Source: a virus. From it: a stretch of DNA of 64,000 nt. Below the pieces are notes generated by a model. It had not been told where the DNA came from, did no database searches, and was given only the letters and a program-made list of their open reading frames with translations. The stretch's first letter is position 1. Each line of letters starts with the position of its first letter. The stretch is from IMG/VR virus record IMGVR_UViG_3300025010_000005, positions 36,705-100,704 of that record, one strand, 5' to 3'. Position numbers and translations under genes: made by a program. Positions 47,003 to 55,360 of this stretch are shown here, piece after piece.

Positions 47003-47758
47003 TTAATCACCTCCAACTTGTTTAAAATTTAATTTATACATTTTCATATTCAATTTGTTTTCAATAACATAATTATCATATGCTCTTGCAGCATCAATTT
47101 CATTTTCATGATAACCTAAATGAACTTTTTGTTTGTTATGTTGAATTTGAGAAACCCACATTTTATAACTATTTCTGTATGAAACTCCATTAAATTTAGA
47201 TGTAGTGTTCAATTTTCTATTTAAAACACTGTTTATGTTTATAATACTTTCAAATTTATCTTTAAAATTTGGTTCTGCAAATTCTCCATATAAGTGCCGT
47301 GCCATTTGATCATATGCCAAAGCTGCAATCTCTTCTGAAACAAATCTACCAATATTTATATAACTATTGTTGAATCCTATAACACTCATCCAAACTTTGT
47401 TTTTTTTATCAAAAGAAACTCCTTTAAAAACGGAGGTTGTATTATTGTTTTTTCTAGCGCTAACAAGTTGATTTCTACTATTTTCTGTATTATTACAAAT
47501 TCTTAAATTTATAATACAGTTGTCATTTTTTATGTGATTAATATGATCAACGCAAACTTTTCTTCCACTATTAATAACATTCATAATTTGTCTATGCATT
47601 AATATTATTGATGGTATATTTTTATTTTCATTAACCTGTCTATCTCTAACTACATAACCAAAATGACTAAGCCTCCATCTATACTTATTTAATTCTTCAA
47701 ATTTATCATCATCTACTAACGCAAACTTATCAGAATTAATCAAAATTATCTGTTTCAT
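47003..47758 (-). CDS. HNH-AP2-AP2 homing endonuclease
   Basis: MHRQI, DHINH, two GV..W..I..G...AA.AYD AP2 repeats. Confidence 0.9.
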   Translation of the reverse strand: MKQIILINSDKFALVDDDKFEELNKYRWRLSHFGYVVRDRQVNENKNIPSIILMHRQIMNVINSGRKVCVDHINHIKNDNCIINLRICNNTENSRNQLVSARKNNNTTSVFKGVSFDKKNKVWMSVIGFNNSYINIGRFVSEEIAALAYDQMARHLYGEFAEPNFKDKFESIININSVLNRKLNTTSKFNGVSYRNSYKMWVSQIQHNKQKVHLGYHENEIDAARAYDNYVIENKLNMKMYKLNFKQVGGD

Positions 47759-48155
47759 TTTTTTCCTTTTCTTTATTTTCTTGTTCTTCTTTTTGAATAA
47801 TTAAAACCGCTGGGTCATTACTTGCATTATCTGGTGCATAATCATAGGTTTCGCCAAATAATACAGAACCAACCTTAATTTCATGCCACCCCTGGAATTG
47901 ATCCGAATATGGAGTTAAAATTCCATGTTCACGAGTTTCTTGTGCTGATTCATTTAAAAGATGTTTGTTATCTTCAAGCCATTTAAAAACTTCATCTTTA
48001 TGCTTGCTTTTTTCATATTCTTTTTTTAACATCTTATAAAGATTGTCGGCTTTTAAAGTTGAACCGTCTCTCGGTTGTTTCGTTCTGGATCTGCGACGTT
48101 CTGACATGATCAGTTTTGTTCGCTCGCTGTGTTTGCGTTTTGGTTTTTCAGTCAT
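47736..48155 (-). CDS. NUMOD3-motif DNA-binding protein
   Basis: KHSERTKLIMS motif at N-terminus. Confidence 0.6.
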   Translation of the reverse strand: MTEKPKRKHSERTKLIMSERRRSRTKQPRDGSTLKADNLYKMLKKEYEKSKHKDEVFKWLEDNKHLLNESAQETREHGILTPYSDQFQGWHEIKVGSVLFGETYDYAPDNASNDPAVLIIQKEEQENKEKEKNETDNFD

Positions 48156-48156
48156 A

Positions 48157-48966
48157 TTAATCGCCTAATTTCTTAATAATGTTATTTATAACGTCAATTT
48201 TTTTATCATTTAGATTCGACCAAAAATAATCATCAATGCCTTCAATTAATACTTCTTTTAATATTTCAACTTCAGTTTTTGATAAAGTTACGGAATTAAG
48301 AGTATATTCGTCGAAAACGGAATAAGTTTTTGGAAATAATCTTCTAATAATGTCCGCAATTGCTTTTGCATATTCTCTACATTCCCATTGTGCATCATCA
48401 TCAAGTCGTTGATTAAGAAAGAAAAGCCAATCTCTAAGATTTCCAGTAAAAATTCCCTTTGTATAATTTCCAACTGGTTGTACAAATCTAGCTGTTTCCC
48501 TGGCAACACCATTATCCAACATTGTTTTATATTCTTGACGAGATTTATCATAACTCTCTTGAATATGTTTAATTGCTTCAACTCTTACTGATTCGCTTAA
48601 AATACCTTCTGAAAGTTGTTTGTTTGATTTTGATTGAGGTTTAATGTTATCAAAATCTGGAATATAATATTCATCAATTGATTCAGAATAACGTGCAGAG
48701 AATTCATTGAAACGAAGTCCTGTGTGACGAGCAATTTGTCTCATAATTGCTATTGGAAGTTTGATTTCAACTAAAACATTACAAAAATGAAATGGTGAAA
48801 TGTGACCTTTACTCCAAAGATATTCACGAAGTTTGTCATCTTTATCAATATCAATTCCAGTTGGATTTTGTGTTGATTGCCTTGCGGCAATTAATGGAGT
48901 GTTGTCGTCTCCAAAATGCCCAAAATATTTGACATATCCTTTATCGAGAACCTTATATTCATTCAT
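48157..48966 (-). CDS. thyX: FAD-dependent thymidylate synthase
   Basis: GHISPF, RQIARH...NEFSARY, RETAR, AQWECR. Confidence 0.95.
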   Translation of the reverse strand: MNEYKVLDKGYVKYFGHFGDDNTPLIAARQSTQNPTGIDIDKDDKLREYLWSKGHISPFHFCNVLVEIKLPIAIMRQIARHTGLRFNEFSARYSESIDEYYIPDFDNIKPQSKSNKQLSEGILSESVRVEAIKHIQESYDKSRQEYKTMLDNGVARETARFVQPVGNYTKGIFTGNLRDWLFFLNQRLDDDAQWECREYAKAIADIIRRLFPKTYSVFDEYTLNSVTLSKTEVEILKEVLIEGIDDYFWSNLNDKKIDVINNIIKKLGD

Positions 48967-48997
48967 TTATTTATCTCCTTCAATTTCTATTAAGAAT

Positions 48998-49026
48998 ATT
49001 CTAACACACATTGTTCTACTTGTCAA
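48998..49026 (-). promoter_or_regulatory. sigma70/sigmaA promoter for thyX arm
   Basis: minus-strand TTGACA-17 nt-TAGAAT with TG. Confidence 0.8.
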
Positions 49027-49049
49027 GTGTTTTTTAAAAAAGATTTTTC

Positions 49050-49078
49050 TTGACAAATTCAATCACTTATGCTATAGT
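49050..49078 (+). promoter_or_regulatory. sigma70/sigmaA promoter with no downstream ORF
   Basis: TTGACA-17 nt-TATAGT with TG. Confidence 0.75.
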
Positions 49079-49232
49079 ATATGATGGGAGATCCTGTGTG
49101 CCAAAATCGCATAAAGATCAAAGGATTATATATTCTTTTCTTCGAACCAGGAAGTTATTTGTTTATAAAACTATTGCGCCGAAAGGCGCAAATATTCTCT
49201 TATATATTCTGATATAAATATCCAAATATCTA

Positions 49233-49261
49233 TTGACAACTGTATAAATATATGATATAAT
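49233..49261 (+). promoter_or_regulatory. consensus sigma70/sigmaA promoter with no downstream ORF
   Basis: TTGACA-17 nt-TATAAT. Confidence 0.8.
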
Positions 49262-49348
49262 TAAACCTGTTATATGGCGAGCGAAGCGAGCTATATAACT
49301 AATATATACTATATATTCTTCTTATACTCTTCTTATATATACATGATC

Positions 49349-49379
49349 AAAAATAAAGAGTCTAAAAAGACTCTTTTTT
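49349..49379. terminator. bidirectional terminator
   Basis: AAAGAGTC-taaaaa-GACTCTTT with A/T tracts on both sides. Confidence 0.65.
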
Positions 49380-49594
49380 CTATTTATATATTTTTAAAAT
49401 TAGATACTATTCGATCCCCTTCATCATACTGATGATTCCCTTTGTTCACGGCCATTGCCTTTCTGCAAGGCCGGACATTGTTAAAGCATTTATGCTGTTT
49501 TAACATCATCCTTTAATTTTATCATACTTTTTAGTCAAAGTAAACTAAGAGAAGGTTAAGGATTTTAAGCTGTTGACAACTACTAAAAAATGTG

Positions 49595-49623
49595 TTGACA
49601 AATATGTTAATCTATGATATGAT
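49595..49623 (+). promoter_or_regulatory. sigma70/sigmaA promoter
   Basis: TTGACA-17 nt-TATGAT with TG. Confidence 0.8.
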
Positions 49624-49651
49624 TCTCTTGTCGGTTAAATAGGAGGTATCA

Positions 49652-49873
49652 ATGCACTCAAATGTATATGAAAATCTTAATGAGAAGGTGACTGATTTTA
49701 CAAGCGTTTGCTACCATGAACGCGATGATCGATGGATCAGTGTTGTTAAGTTTCGCGGTGACAGTCTTTGTCTAGGTTCATACAAGAATAAAGATGATGC
49801 GATTGCCTGTTGTAAAGAAGGTCAGCGAAAATATTACAAAAAATCTATCTCAGTTGTAAAGGATAAAAAATGA
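49652..49873 (+). CDS. stand-alone AP2-domain protein
   Basis: AGGAGG SD; V.Y..RDDRW...V......LGSY....DA AP2 pattern without a nuclease domain. Confidence 0.7.
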   Translation: MHSNVYENLNEKVTDFTSVCYHERDDRWISVVKFRGDSLCLGSYKNKDDAIACCKEGQRKYYKKSISVVKDKK

Positions 49874-50033
49874 ATAAAGAAGTTTGGGAAATAATTCAAC
49901 ATTTAAAAGATCAAATTCGAAGACGAGAATTACACGGACAAACATTTAGTTGTGGTTTAGAATTTGAGGATGCAAAAAAATTAGTAGATTTTTGTGAGAA
50001 GCTTATGGATAGTTACTCTTAAAGGAATAATTT

Positions 50034-50543
50034 ATGTTTGATGCAAAGATAACAGTATTTAACAAGTATTTTCAAGCAGTAGGAATTGTTGGTGTGGAGA
50101 GAGCAATTACTTTGATTTATCTTGGAAAAGCAAATTCTATTAAGGATTCAGACAAAGTTATTCGTTCGGTCAGTATGGCAATTTCGATTCCCATTGCAAT
50201 TATGGTTCCAAACATGAAATACGTTAATCTTAAAACTCAACTTTGTACAAAAGAAGGCGTTAAAAAGAGAGATAATTTTACATGTTTGAATTGTGGTTGT
50301 AGAGACAAAAAGAAATTAACAATCGATCATTATATTCCTCAATCAAAGTTTGAACGTATTAAAAAAGATCAACATCTTGATTATGATATGTTTAGTTGGG
50401 AAAATCTTATTTGCCTCTGTCGCAAGTGTAATTCATCTAAAAGTAGTCATTCAGTTGAGGATTTAGGTTGGAATATCCCTAAACCCAAAACACCTCTGGT
50501 TAATCTTGATATTAATTGGACTGAAATTTATGGAGATGATTGA
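50034..50543 (+). CDS. HNH endonuclease (McrA-like)
   Basis: RDNFTCLNCG, TIDHYIP, WENLICLCRKCN. Confidence 0.9.
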   Translation: MFDAKITVFNKYFQAVGIVGVERAITLIYLGKANSIKDSDKVIRSVSMAISIPIAIMVPNMKYVNLKTQLCTKEGVKKRDNFTCLNCGCRDKKKLTIDHYIPQSKFERIKKDQHLDYDMFSWENLICLCRKCNSSKSSHSVEDLGWNIPKPKTPLVNLDINWTEIYGDD

Positions 50544-50842
50544 TGAAACGAACAAAGGACTATTTGTTGACTTGGTGGGGTAAAGATAAAAACAATGTTT
50601 GGATTTGGAACCAGAGATATATAAAGGTTGAAATGGTTGGTTCTTATTTAGCTTTTTTACTAGATAAATGGTTTAATAAAAATAAATTGAAATTCTTTTA
50701 TCATATAACTCCGTATTCCGAAATTAAATTAGTTTCAAATACGAACCAATTTTTAAATGTTAAGGTTTATGAAGTTGATCCACCAATTTATTATCAACTT
50801 ATGAATCAAAAAATCCTATGTGCAAAAGTAATAGAGTATTGA
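50540..50842 (+). CDS. hypothetical protein
   Basis: GGAG SD; operon packing. Confidence 0.6.
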   Translation: MMKRTKDYLLTWWGKDKNNVWIWNQRYIKVEMVGSYLAFLLDKWFNKNKLKFFYHITPYSEIKLVSNTNQFLNVKVYEVDPPIYYQLMNQKILCAKVIEY

Positions 50843-50856
50843 AAGGAATTGTAAAG

Positions 50857-51144
50857 ATGTGTGAAGGTTGTAACGGAATCGAAAAATCCTCACTATACTT
50901 GACATTGTTCGCAAAATGTGATATGCTTGATATTGAAAATCCGGCAAGTGGAGGCAGATACCGAACGGAAGTAATTATTGACAATATCCAAACCGCTTCA
51001 ATTATGGCAGACTTTGTTTCTGAATATTTTGGTATTGAAGCTATGGTTACTGTGGGAAAGAATTACGAAGACTCTGAGATGGTTTACTGGAATAAAAGTT
51101 ATGCTGACAATCTTATGCCAGGATATGAAGAAGATGAGGTGTAA
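50857..51144 (+). CDS. hypothetical protein
   Basis: AAAGGA SD before ATG 50857; acidic. Confidence 0.65.
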   Translation: MCEGCNGIEKSSLYLTLFAKCDMLDIENPASGGRYRTEVIIDNIQTASIMADFVSEYFGIEAMVTVGKNYEDSEMVYWNKSYADNLMPGYEEDEV

Positions 51145-51459
51145 GTGGGACATTATGATAATTCGCAAATAAAATGTTCTCATTGTGGGTCTGAATATGG
51201 AACTTGGAGTTTTGCATCGTTTGAACTTCATCAAAAGGAATGTGAAAAGTTAAAGGAGTCATTTACAGAAAAATACAATAAAATTGTAAAGTTTGTAAAA
51301 CAAAGTGGTTCTAAATATTTTCTTATTGTTACTAAAGATACTAACGCTGTAATGATGAACAAAGATCAAATTTATAATTTAAACGCAAATTACAAATGGA
51401 GAAATTATTGTGAACGAGATGTTGTCGTTATTCCAATTGATTGGAAGCATGTTTTTTGA
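51145..51459 (+). CDS. hypothetical zinc-finger protein
   Basis: GAGG SD; CxxC...HxxxC. Confidence 0.65.
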   Translation: MGHYDNSQIKCSHCGSEYGTWSFASFELHQKECEKLKESFTEKYNKIVKFVKQSGSKYFLIVTKDTNAVMMNKDQIYNLNANYKWRNYCERDVVVIPIDWKHVF

Positions 51460-51602
51460 GAGAAGCGATATGATTCAAAATATTGTTAACTACGTTAATG
51501 GTTTTATGATGTGTTGGGGTTATGTCAGTGTTATGTGTTTTATTGTTATGGCGATAATTTATGTCAACGCACCGACAGAAGTTATCAACGTCGAGGAGAA
51601 CG

Positions 51603-52631
51603 ATGGATAAAAAGAAGATTTATGACTTTTGCAAGATTCTAGTTGATTCAAAACAAGATTGGTTTGCAATTCATAAGGAAGCAGTAAAGAATGATATTGT
51701 CACTAAATATGTTGATTGTAACGAGCTTCGCAATATTTATCGAGACTGTGCTGCCGAACTTGCTTGTGGACTATCTTTACCAGAAGTTAAAGATTATGGA
51801 ACATATGAAAAATCTTTTTTCTCTTTTATCAATAAAAAGCCAAGTAGATTTCCAGTAAGGAAAAAGGTGGAGAACTCCAGCAATCGAGAAACAATTTTGG
51901 TTATTGCTGATTTACATGTTCCTTATGAAGATAAAGTCAGACTAAAAAAGATTGTTGACGAATGGGCAGGAAAAGCAGATAAATTAGTTATTGCTGGAGA
52001 TTTTCTTAACGGAAGTCAATTATCTCGTTATCCAAAGATGATTGTTGAAAATTTTAAAGAAGAGGTTGCTAAAGGTAGACTTGTATTGGAATATCTAGCT
52101 TCCAAGTTTAATGAAGTAGTTCTTCTTGATGATAACCATATTTCATCACGTTGGAGTAAATTCATTTCAAATACAGTAACACCTGATTTATTCTTCTTAA
52201 CGGTTCATCCTTATGATTACCTTTGTGCTGGACTTCCTAATGTTATAAGAGCAGGAAACACATTCGAGAAATTTCAGGAACAAGTTGGTTGGATGTATGT
52301 AATTGGTGACTGTGTTATCGCTCATGGCGAAGTTAGTTCTGTTGTTGAGATGAAGCCAGTTCGTCGTGTTCAAGAATATTATGGAAAATGGCGTCATGCC
52401 CTAAATCTACCAGAAGGTAGAGTATTTATTCAGGGACACAATCATTCTTGCGGTCTTTTCCATGACACAGACGGTGCCGTAATTTTTCCGGGAGCGTTAG
52501 TTTCATTAGACGGCGTTCATTATGCAATGGGGCCTGAAATGAGAGGAAGACCTCCTATTCCTGGTTATTGCGTAATTGTACAAGAAGATGGCAAAACTAT
52601 ACTTGAAGAAATTATTGTAAAGAGGGTTTGA
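51603..52631 (+). CDS. calcineurin-like metallophosphoesterase
   Basis: ADLH, AGDF, DNH, AHG, GHNH motifs; GAGGAG SD before ATG 51603. Confidence 0.9.
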   Translation: MDKKKIYDFCKILVDSKQDWFAIHKEAVKNDIVTKYVDCNELRNIYRDCAAELACGLSLPEVKDYGTYEKSFFSFINKKPSRFPVRKKVENSSNRETILVIADLHVPYEDKVRLKKIVDEWAGKADKLVIAGDFLNGSQLSRYPKMIVENFKEEVAKGRLVLEYLASKFNEVVLLDDNHISSRWSKFISNTVTPDLFFLTVHPYDYLCAGLPNVIRAGNTFEKFQEQVGWMYVIGDCVIAHGEVSSVVEMKPVRRVQEYYGKWRHALNLPEGRVFIQGHNHSCGLFHDTDGAVIFPGALVSLDGVHYAMGPEMRGRPPIPGYCVIVQEDGKTILEEIIVKRV

Positions 52632-52819
52632 TGTTTAAATTTTTTAAGAAGAAAAAAACACTTGACAGCGAGACTCAAATGTTATATAATAGTCTTGTTA
52701 ATTGGATTGAGTGGTTGGGATCAACAGAATTACCTTCAAAGCCTTATGCTCAATTTGGTTTAGGAAAAAGAGATATTTTAAAGATTTTACAATTGATGGA
52801 GGAACGCGGATATGAATAA
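52628..52819 (+). CDS. hypothetical protein
   Basis: GAGG SD; overlaps upstream stop. Confidence 0.55.
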   Translation: MMFKFFKKKKTLDSETQMLYNSLVNWIEWLGSTELPSKPYAQFGLGKRDILKILQLMEERGYE

Positions 52820-53002
52820 CAATTTTCTAAAGGCTTGTGCGTTGTTTGGAACTTTTGCAATCTTAAATATTGATTCGCATTTGGTTAACAATGTCACAAC
52901 CACAAATATTAATCTATTAATTCAGTGTTGGATTTTGGTTCAGTATGCAATTGACGTATTTGATGTATTTGGAAAGAATAAAAAGTAATTTTAAAAAAGG
53001 TA

Positions 53003-53031
53003 TTGACAACTTAAATTATTTGTGTTATGAT
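53003..53031 (+). promoter_or_regulatory. promoter of tRNA cluster
   Basis: TTGACA-17 nt-TATGAT with TG. Confidence 0.8.
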
Positions 53032-53083
53032 GTATTTGTTGAGTTGAAAAACAACTTAATTAAAATAATTATGTGACACAGTT

Positions 53084-53118
53084 GCCGGATTAACTCAGTT
53101 GGTCAGAGTTCCTGATTT
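53084..53118 (+). pseudogene. 5' half of a split tRNA (probably Thr-UGU)
   Basis: GCCGGAT-TA-ACTC-AGTTGGTCA-GAGT-T-CCTGA-TTT: acceptor strand, D arm, anticodon stem 5' strand. Confidence 0.75.
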
Positions 53119-53171
53119 ACATTTCGCCAATGTCATTCTCATATATAAAGTTATTAATAGAGGTATTATAT

Positions 53172-53789
53172 ATGAGAATGACAAAAAGCGAAGCTGGTAA
53201 ATTAGGACAACAAAAAAGTTTAGAAACTCATAAAAGAAAAAAAGAAGTTCGTATTCAAGAATATTTACAAAATCCAAATAAATGTACGTTTTGTGGAGAA
53301 AATTTAAAGTACGAAAAAAGAAAAAATAAATTTTGTTCTAGATCATGTCAGGCAAAATATTCAAACGCCAGAAGGTATAAATGTTTACAAAAACAAAACT
53401 GTATTTGTTGTGAAAAAACTTTATCAAGAAATAATGGAACTGGTTATTGCGTTGATTGTTTTGCAAAAACAAGGCGAAAACAAGTATCGGAAGATTGGTT
53501 GAATGGTACAAAAGAATATATTTCAGAGCAATTACCTAAATTTGTAAAAAGATTTATTGTTGAATATTATAAAAATACTTGTGGTAAATGTAATTTATCT
53601 ATTTGGAATAACAAACCAATACCTTTAGAAATAGATCACATTGATGGAAATCCATTGAATCATGATTTTAAAAATTTACGATTAATATGTCCTAATTGTC
53701 ATGCTCAAACCGACACATATAAAGCCAAAAATGCTGGAAACGGTAGGGCATATAGAAGAGAACGATATAAAGAAGGAAAAAGTTACTAA
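53172..53789 (+). CDS. zinc-finger HNH homing endonuclease
   Basis: CxxC, FCSRSC, LEIDHIDGN...NLRLICPNCHAQT; GAGG SD before ATG 53172. Confidence 0.92.
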   Translation: MRMTKSEAGKLGQQKSLETHKRKKEVRIQEYLQNPNKCTFCGENLKYEKRKNKFCSRSCQAKYSNARRYKCLQKQNCICCEKTLSRNNGTGYCVDCFAKTRRKQVSEDWLNGTKEYISEQLPKFVKRFIVEYYKNTCGKCNLSIWNNKPIPLEIDHIDGNPLNHDFKNLRLICPNCHAQTDTYKAKNAGNGRAYRRERYKEGKSY

Positions 53790-53795
53790 TTTAAT

Positions 53796-53867
53796 GCTCC
53801 AATAAGCATAACGGTAGTGCCTTCGTTTTGTACGCGAAAGGTGTGGGTTCAATTCCTGCTTGGAGCT
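53796..53867 (+). tRNA. tRNA-Thr(UGU)
   Basis: GCTCCAA/TTGGAGC acceptor; loop TT-TGT-AC; TTCAATT T loop. Confidence 0.8.
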
Positions 53868-53904
53868 TTGTAGGGAGTCGTCAGTTCGAATCTGACTCTC
53901 GGCT
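53868..53904 (+). pseudogene. 3' half of the split tRNA
   Basis: TTGTA-GGGAGTC-GTCAG-TTCGAAT-CTGAC-TCTCGGC; CGGC pairs with GCCG at 53084. Confidence 0.75.
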
Positions 53905-53934
53905 CTAAGAACATTGAAAATTGAATAAAAGAAT

Positions 53935-54005
53935 GCCGAATTAGTATAATGGTAGTGCAAAAGACTTTGAATCTTTGAGCATAGGTTCGATTCCTATATT
54001 CGGTG
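53935..54005 (+). tRNA. tRNA-Gln(UUG)
   Basis: cloverleaf; AAAGA-CTTTGAA-TCTTT. Confidence 0.9.
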
Positions 54006-54105
54006 CTAGTACAACTAACTCTTGGGAGTATTAAATTGGTGGAAGGCCAATTCTGTAGTGAGATTCAGTCATCAGGCCCGAGGGAACTCACAACGTTGTA
54101 CATCA

Positions 54106-54183
54106 GGGAACGAAGTTATACGGTTTAACAAGCGTCTGTAAAACGCCCGCTTCGGCTAGTTGGTTCAACTCCAACCGTTCCCA
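54106..54183 (+). tRNA. tRNA-Tyr(GUA)
   Basis: cloverleaf; CTGTAAA loop; variable arm. Confidence 0.88.
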
Positions 54184-54185
54184 CT

Positions 54186-54259
54186 GTGTCGGTAATCTAA
54201 AGGTAGGATAACAGATTGTGAATCTGTGTATGGCAGTTCAATTCTGCTCCGACACCCCA
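54186..54259 (+). tRNA. tRNA-His(GUG)
   Basis: ACAGA-TTGTGAA-TCTGT; C73; encoded CCA. Confidence 0.9.
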
Positions 54260-54295
54260 AGTTTGGCGGTTTCTACGTTAAAACCGTCACCTTAT

Positions 54296-54365
54296 AGCGG
54301 GGAGAATTGGTATTCAAGATGGTCTCATAAGCCATTCCTCGACAGTTCGATTCTGTCCTCCGTTA
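54296..54365 (+). tRNA. tRNA-Met(CAU)
   Basis: ATGGT-CTCATAA-GCCAT; short D arm. Confidence 0.8.
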
Positions 54366-54457
54366 CTGACAACATTTGTTAGGATTGTAAACAATGGTTC
54401 AACTCCATTATCTGCTACTTGACATAAGAGAATCCGTAAAGTCGGCCTTTTATGTTT

Positions 54458-54536
54458 TTCCAATAGATAGGTCATAAAGTCGGGAAGAGATTTGATCACC
54501 TCTGTCGCCTCAAGGTTCAATTCCTTGCTATTGGAA
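54458..54536 (+). other. atypical tRNA-like element (possible degenerate Ile-GAU)
   Basis: 9-bp terminal stem, perfect T arm CAAGG-TTCAATT-CCTTG, enlarged anticodon loop, no D stem. Confidence 0.5.
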
Positions 54537-54540
54537 TATC

Positions 54541-54616
54541 TCAAACGTAGCTCAGTTGGTTAGAGCGTCCGCCTGTTAAGCGGAAGGTTTCGCGGGTTCA
54601 AGTCCCGTCGTTTGAG
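54541..54616 (+). tRNA. tRNA-Asn(GUU)
   Basis: TCCGC-CTGTTAA-GCGGA. Confidence 0.92.
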
Positions 54617-54685
54617 CCTAACGGAGAGTTATTATTGAAGTGGAATAACTCAATTGTCAGTAGGACTGGGACTGGCAAGCCAATT

Positions 54686-54759
54686 CTAGGCGTAACTCAG
54701 CTTGGTAGAGAGGTCGCTTTGGAAGCGATCAGTCGCACGTTCGAATCGTGCCGTCTAGA
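54686..54759 (+). tRNA. tRNA-Pro(UGG)
   Basis: GTCGC-TTTGGAA-GCGAT. Confidence 0.9.
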
Positions 54760-54765
54760 CTAAAT

Positions 54766-54836
54766 GCGTCATTCATCTAACGGAAGGATATGGAGTTTCT
54801 ACCTCCAGAATAAGGGTTCGATTCCTTTATGACGTA
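54766..54836 (+). tRNA. tRNA-Arg(UCU)
   Basis: TGGAG-TTTCTAC-CTCCA. Confidence 0.88.
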
Positions 54837-54841
54837 CCTTT

Positions 54842-54915
54842 GCTATCGTATCAGAATTGGCATATGAGCTTGACTTAAAATCAAGAATTTGCGGGTTCAA
54901 CTCCCGCCGATAGCA
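54842..54915 (+). tRNA. tRNA-Leu(UAA), short variable loop
   Basis: CTTGA-CTTAAAA-TCAAG. Confidence 0.88.
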
Positions 54916-54919
54916 CTAT

Positions 54920-54990
54920 ACAACCATGGTCTAAAGGAAGGGCGCAACGCTACGAACGTTGAAATATGGGTTCGATTCCTATTGGTTGTA
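54920..54990 (+). tRNA. tRNA-Arg(ACG)
   Basis: CAACG-CTACGAA-CGTTG. Confidence 0.88.
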
Positions 54991-54994
54991 TCGC

Positions 54995-55068
54995 GCCGAT
55001 GTATCCGAATTGGCATAGGAGCCACTCTTAGAAAGTGGAATTTGGAGGTTCGACTCCTCTCATCGGCA
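54995..55068 (+). tRNA. tRNA-Leu(UAG), short variable loop
   Basis: CCACT-CTTAGAA-AGTGG. Confidence 0.88.
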
Positions 55069-55073
55069 CCTTT

Positions 55074-55149
55074 GCTTCCATAGCTCAGTTGGTAGAGCAT
55101 CTGCCTGAAGAACAGAAGGTCTCTGGATCGATACCAGATGGAAGCACCA
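55074..55149 (+). tRNA. tRNA-Phe(GAA)
   Basis: CTGAAGA loop; encoded CCA; variant T loop ATCGATA. Confidence 0.88.
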
Positions 55150-55151
55150 AT

Positions 55152-55222
55152 GGCACCGTAATTTAATGGAGAATACCACATTGTCACTGTGGAGAACGAG
55201 GGTTCAAGTCCCTTCGGTGTCG
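55152..55222 (+). tRNA. tRNA-Asp(GUC)
   Basis: CCACA-TTGTCAC-TGTGG. Confidence 0.9.
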
Positions 55223-55289
55223 CCTTGCAATAAACAACTGTGATCGACTGGTTCAATCTTTGCGAAAGCCTTTTGTTTATTGTGTTTAA

Positions 55290-55360
55290 GCCACTATCGT
55301 CTAATGGTCGGACGCTAGACTTTCAATCTGGAAATCGGGGTTCAATTCCCCGTAGTGGTG
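55290..55360 (+). tRNA. tRNA-Glu(UUC)
   Basis: CTAGA-CTTTCAA-TCTGG. Confidence 0.9.

Noticed and set aside
53119-53867. Group I intron in a tRNA anticodon loop
   Set aside because: The insert is fully accounted for by a hairpin, the HNH ORF and a tRNA; no space for a catalytic core.
54766-54836. Possible amber suppressor tRNA (CTA in the loop) and genetic code reassignment
   Set aside because: The 7-nt loop TTTCTAC places TCT at 34-36 (Arg); genes end normally in TAG, TGA and TAA without fragmentation.
55227-55283. Hammerhead ribozyme
   Set aside because: CTGTGA lacks the CUGANGA core and there is no stem III after GAAA.
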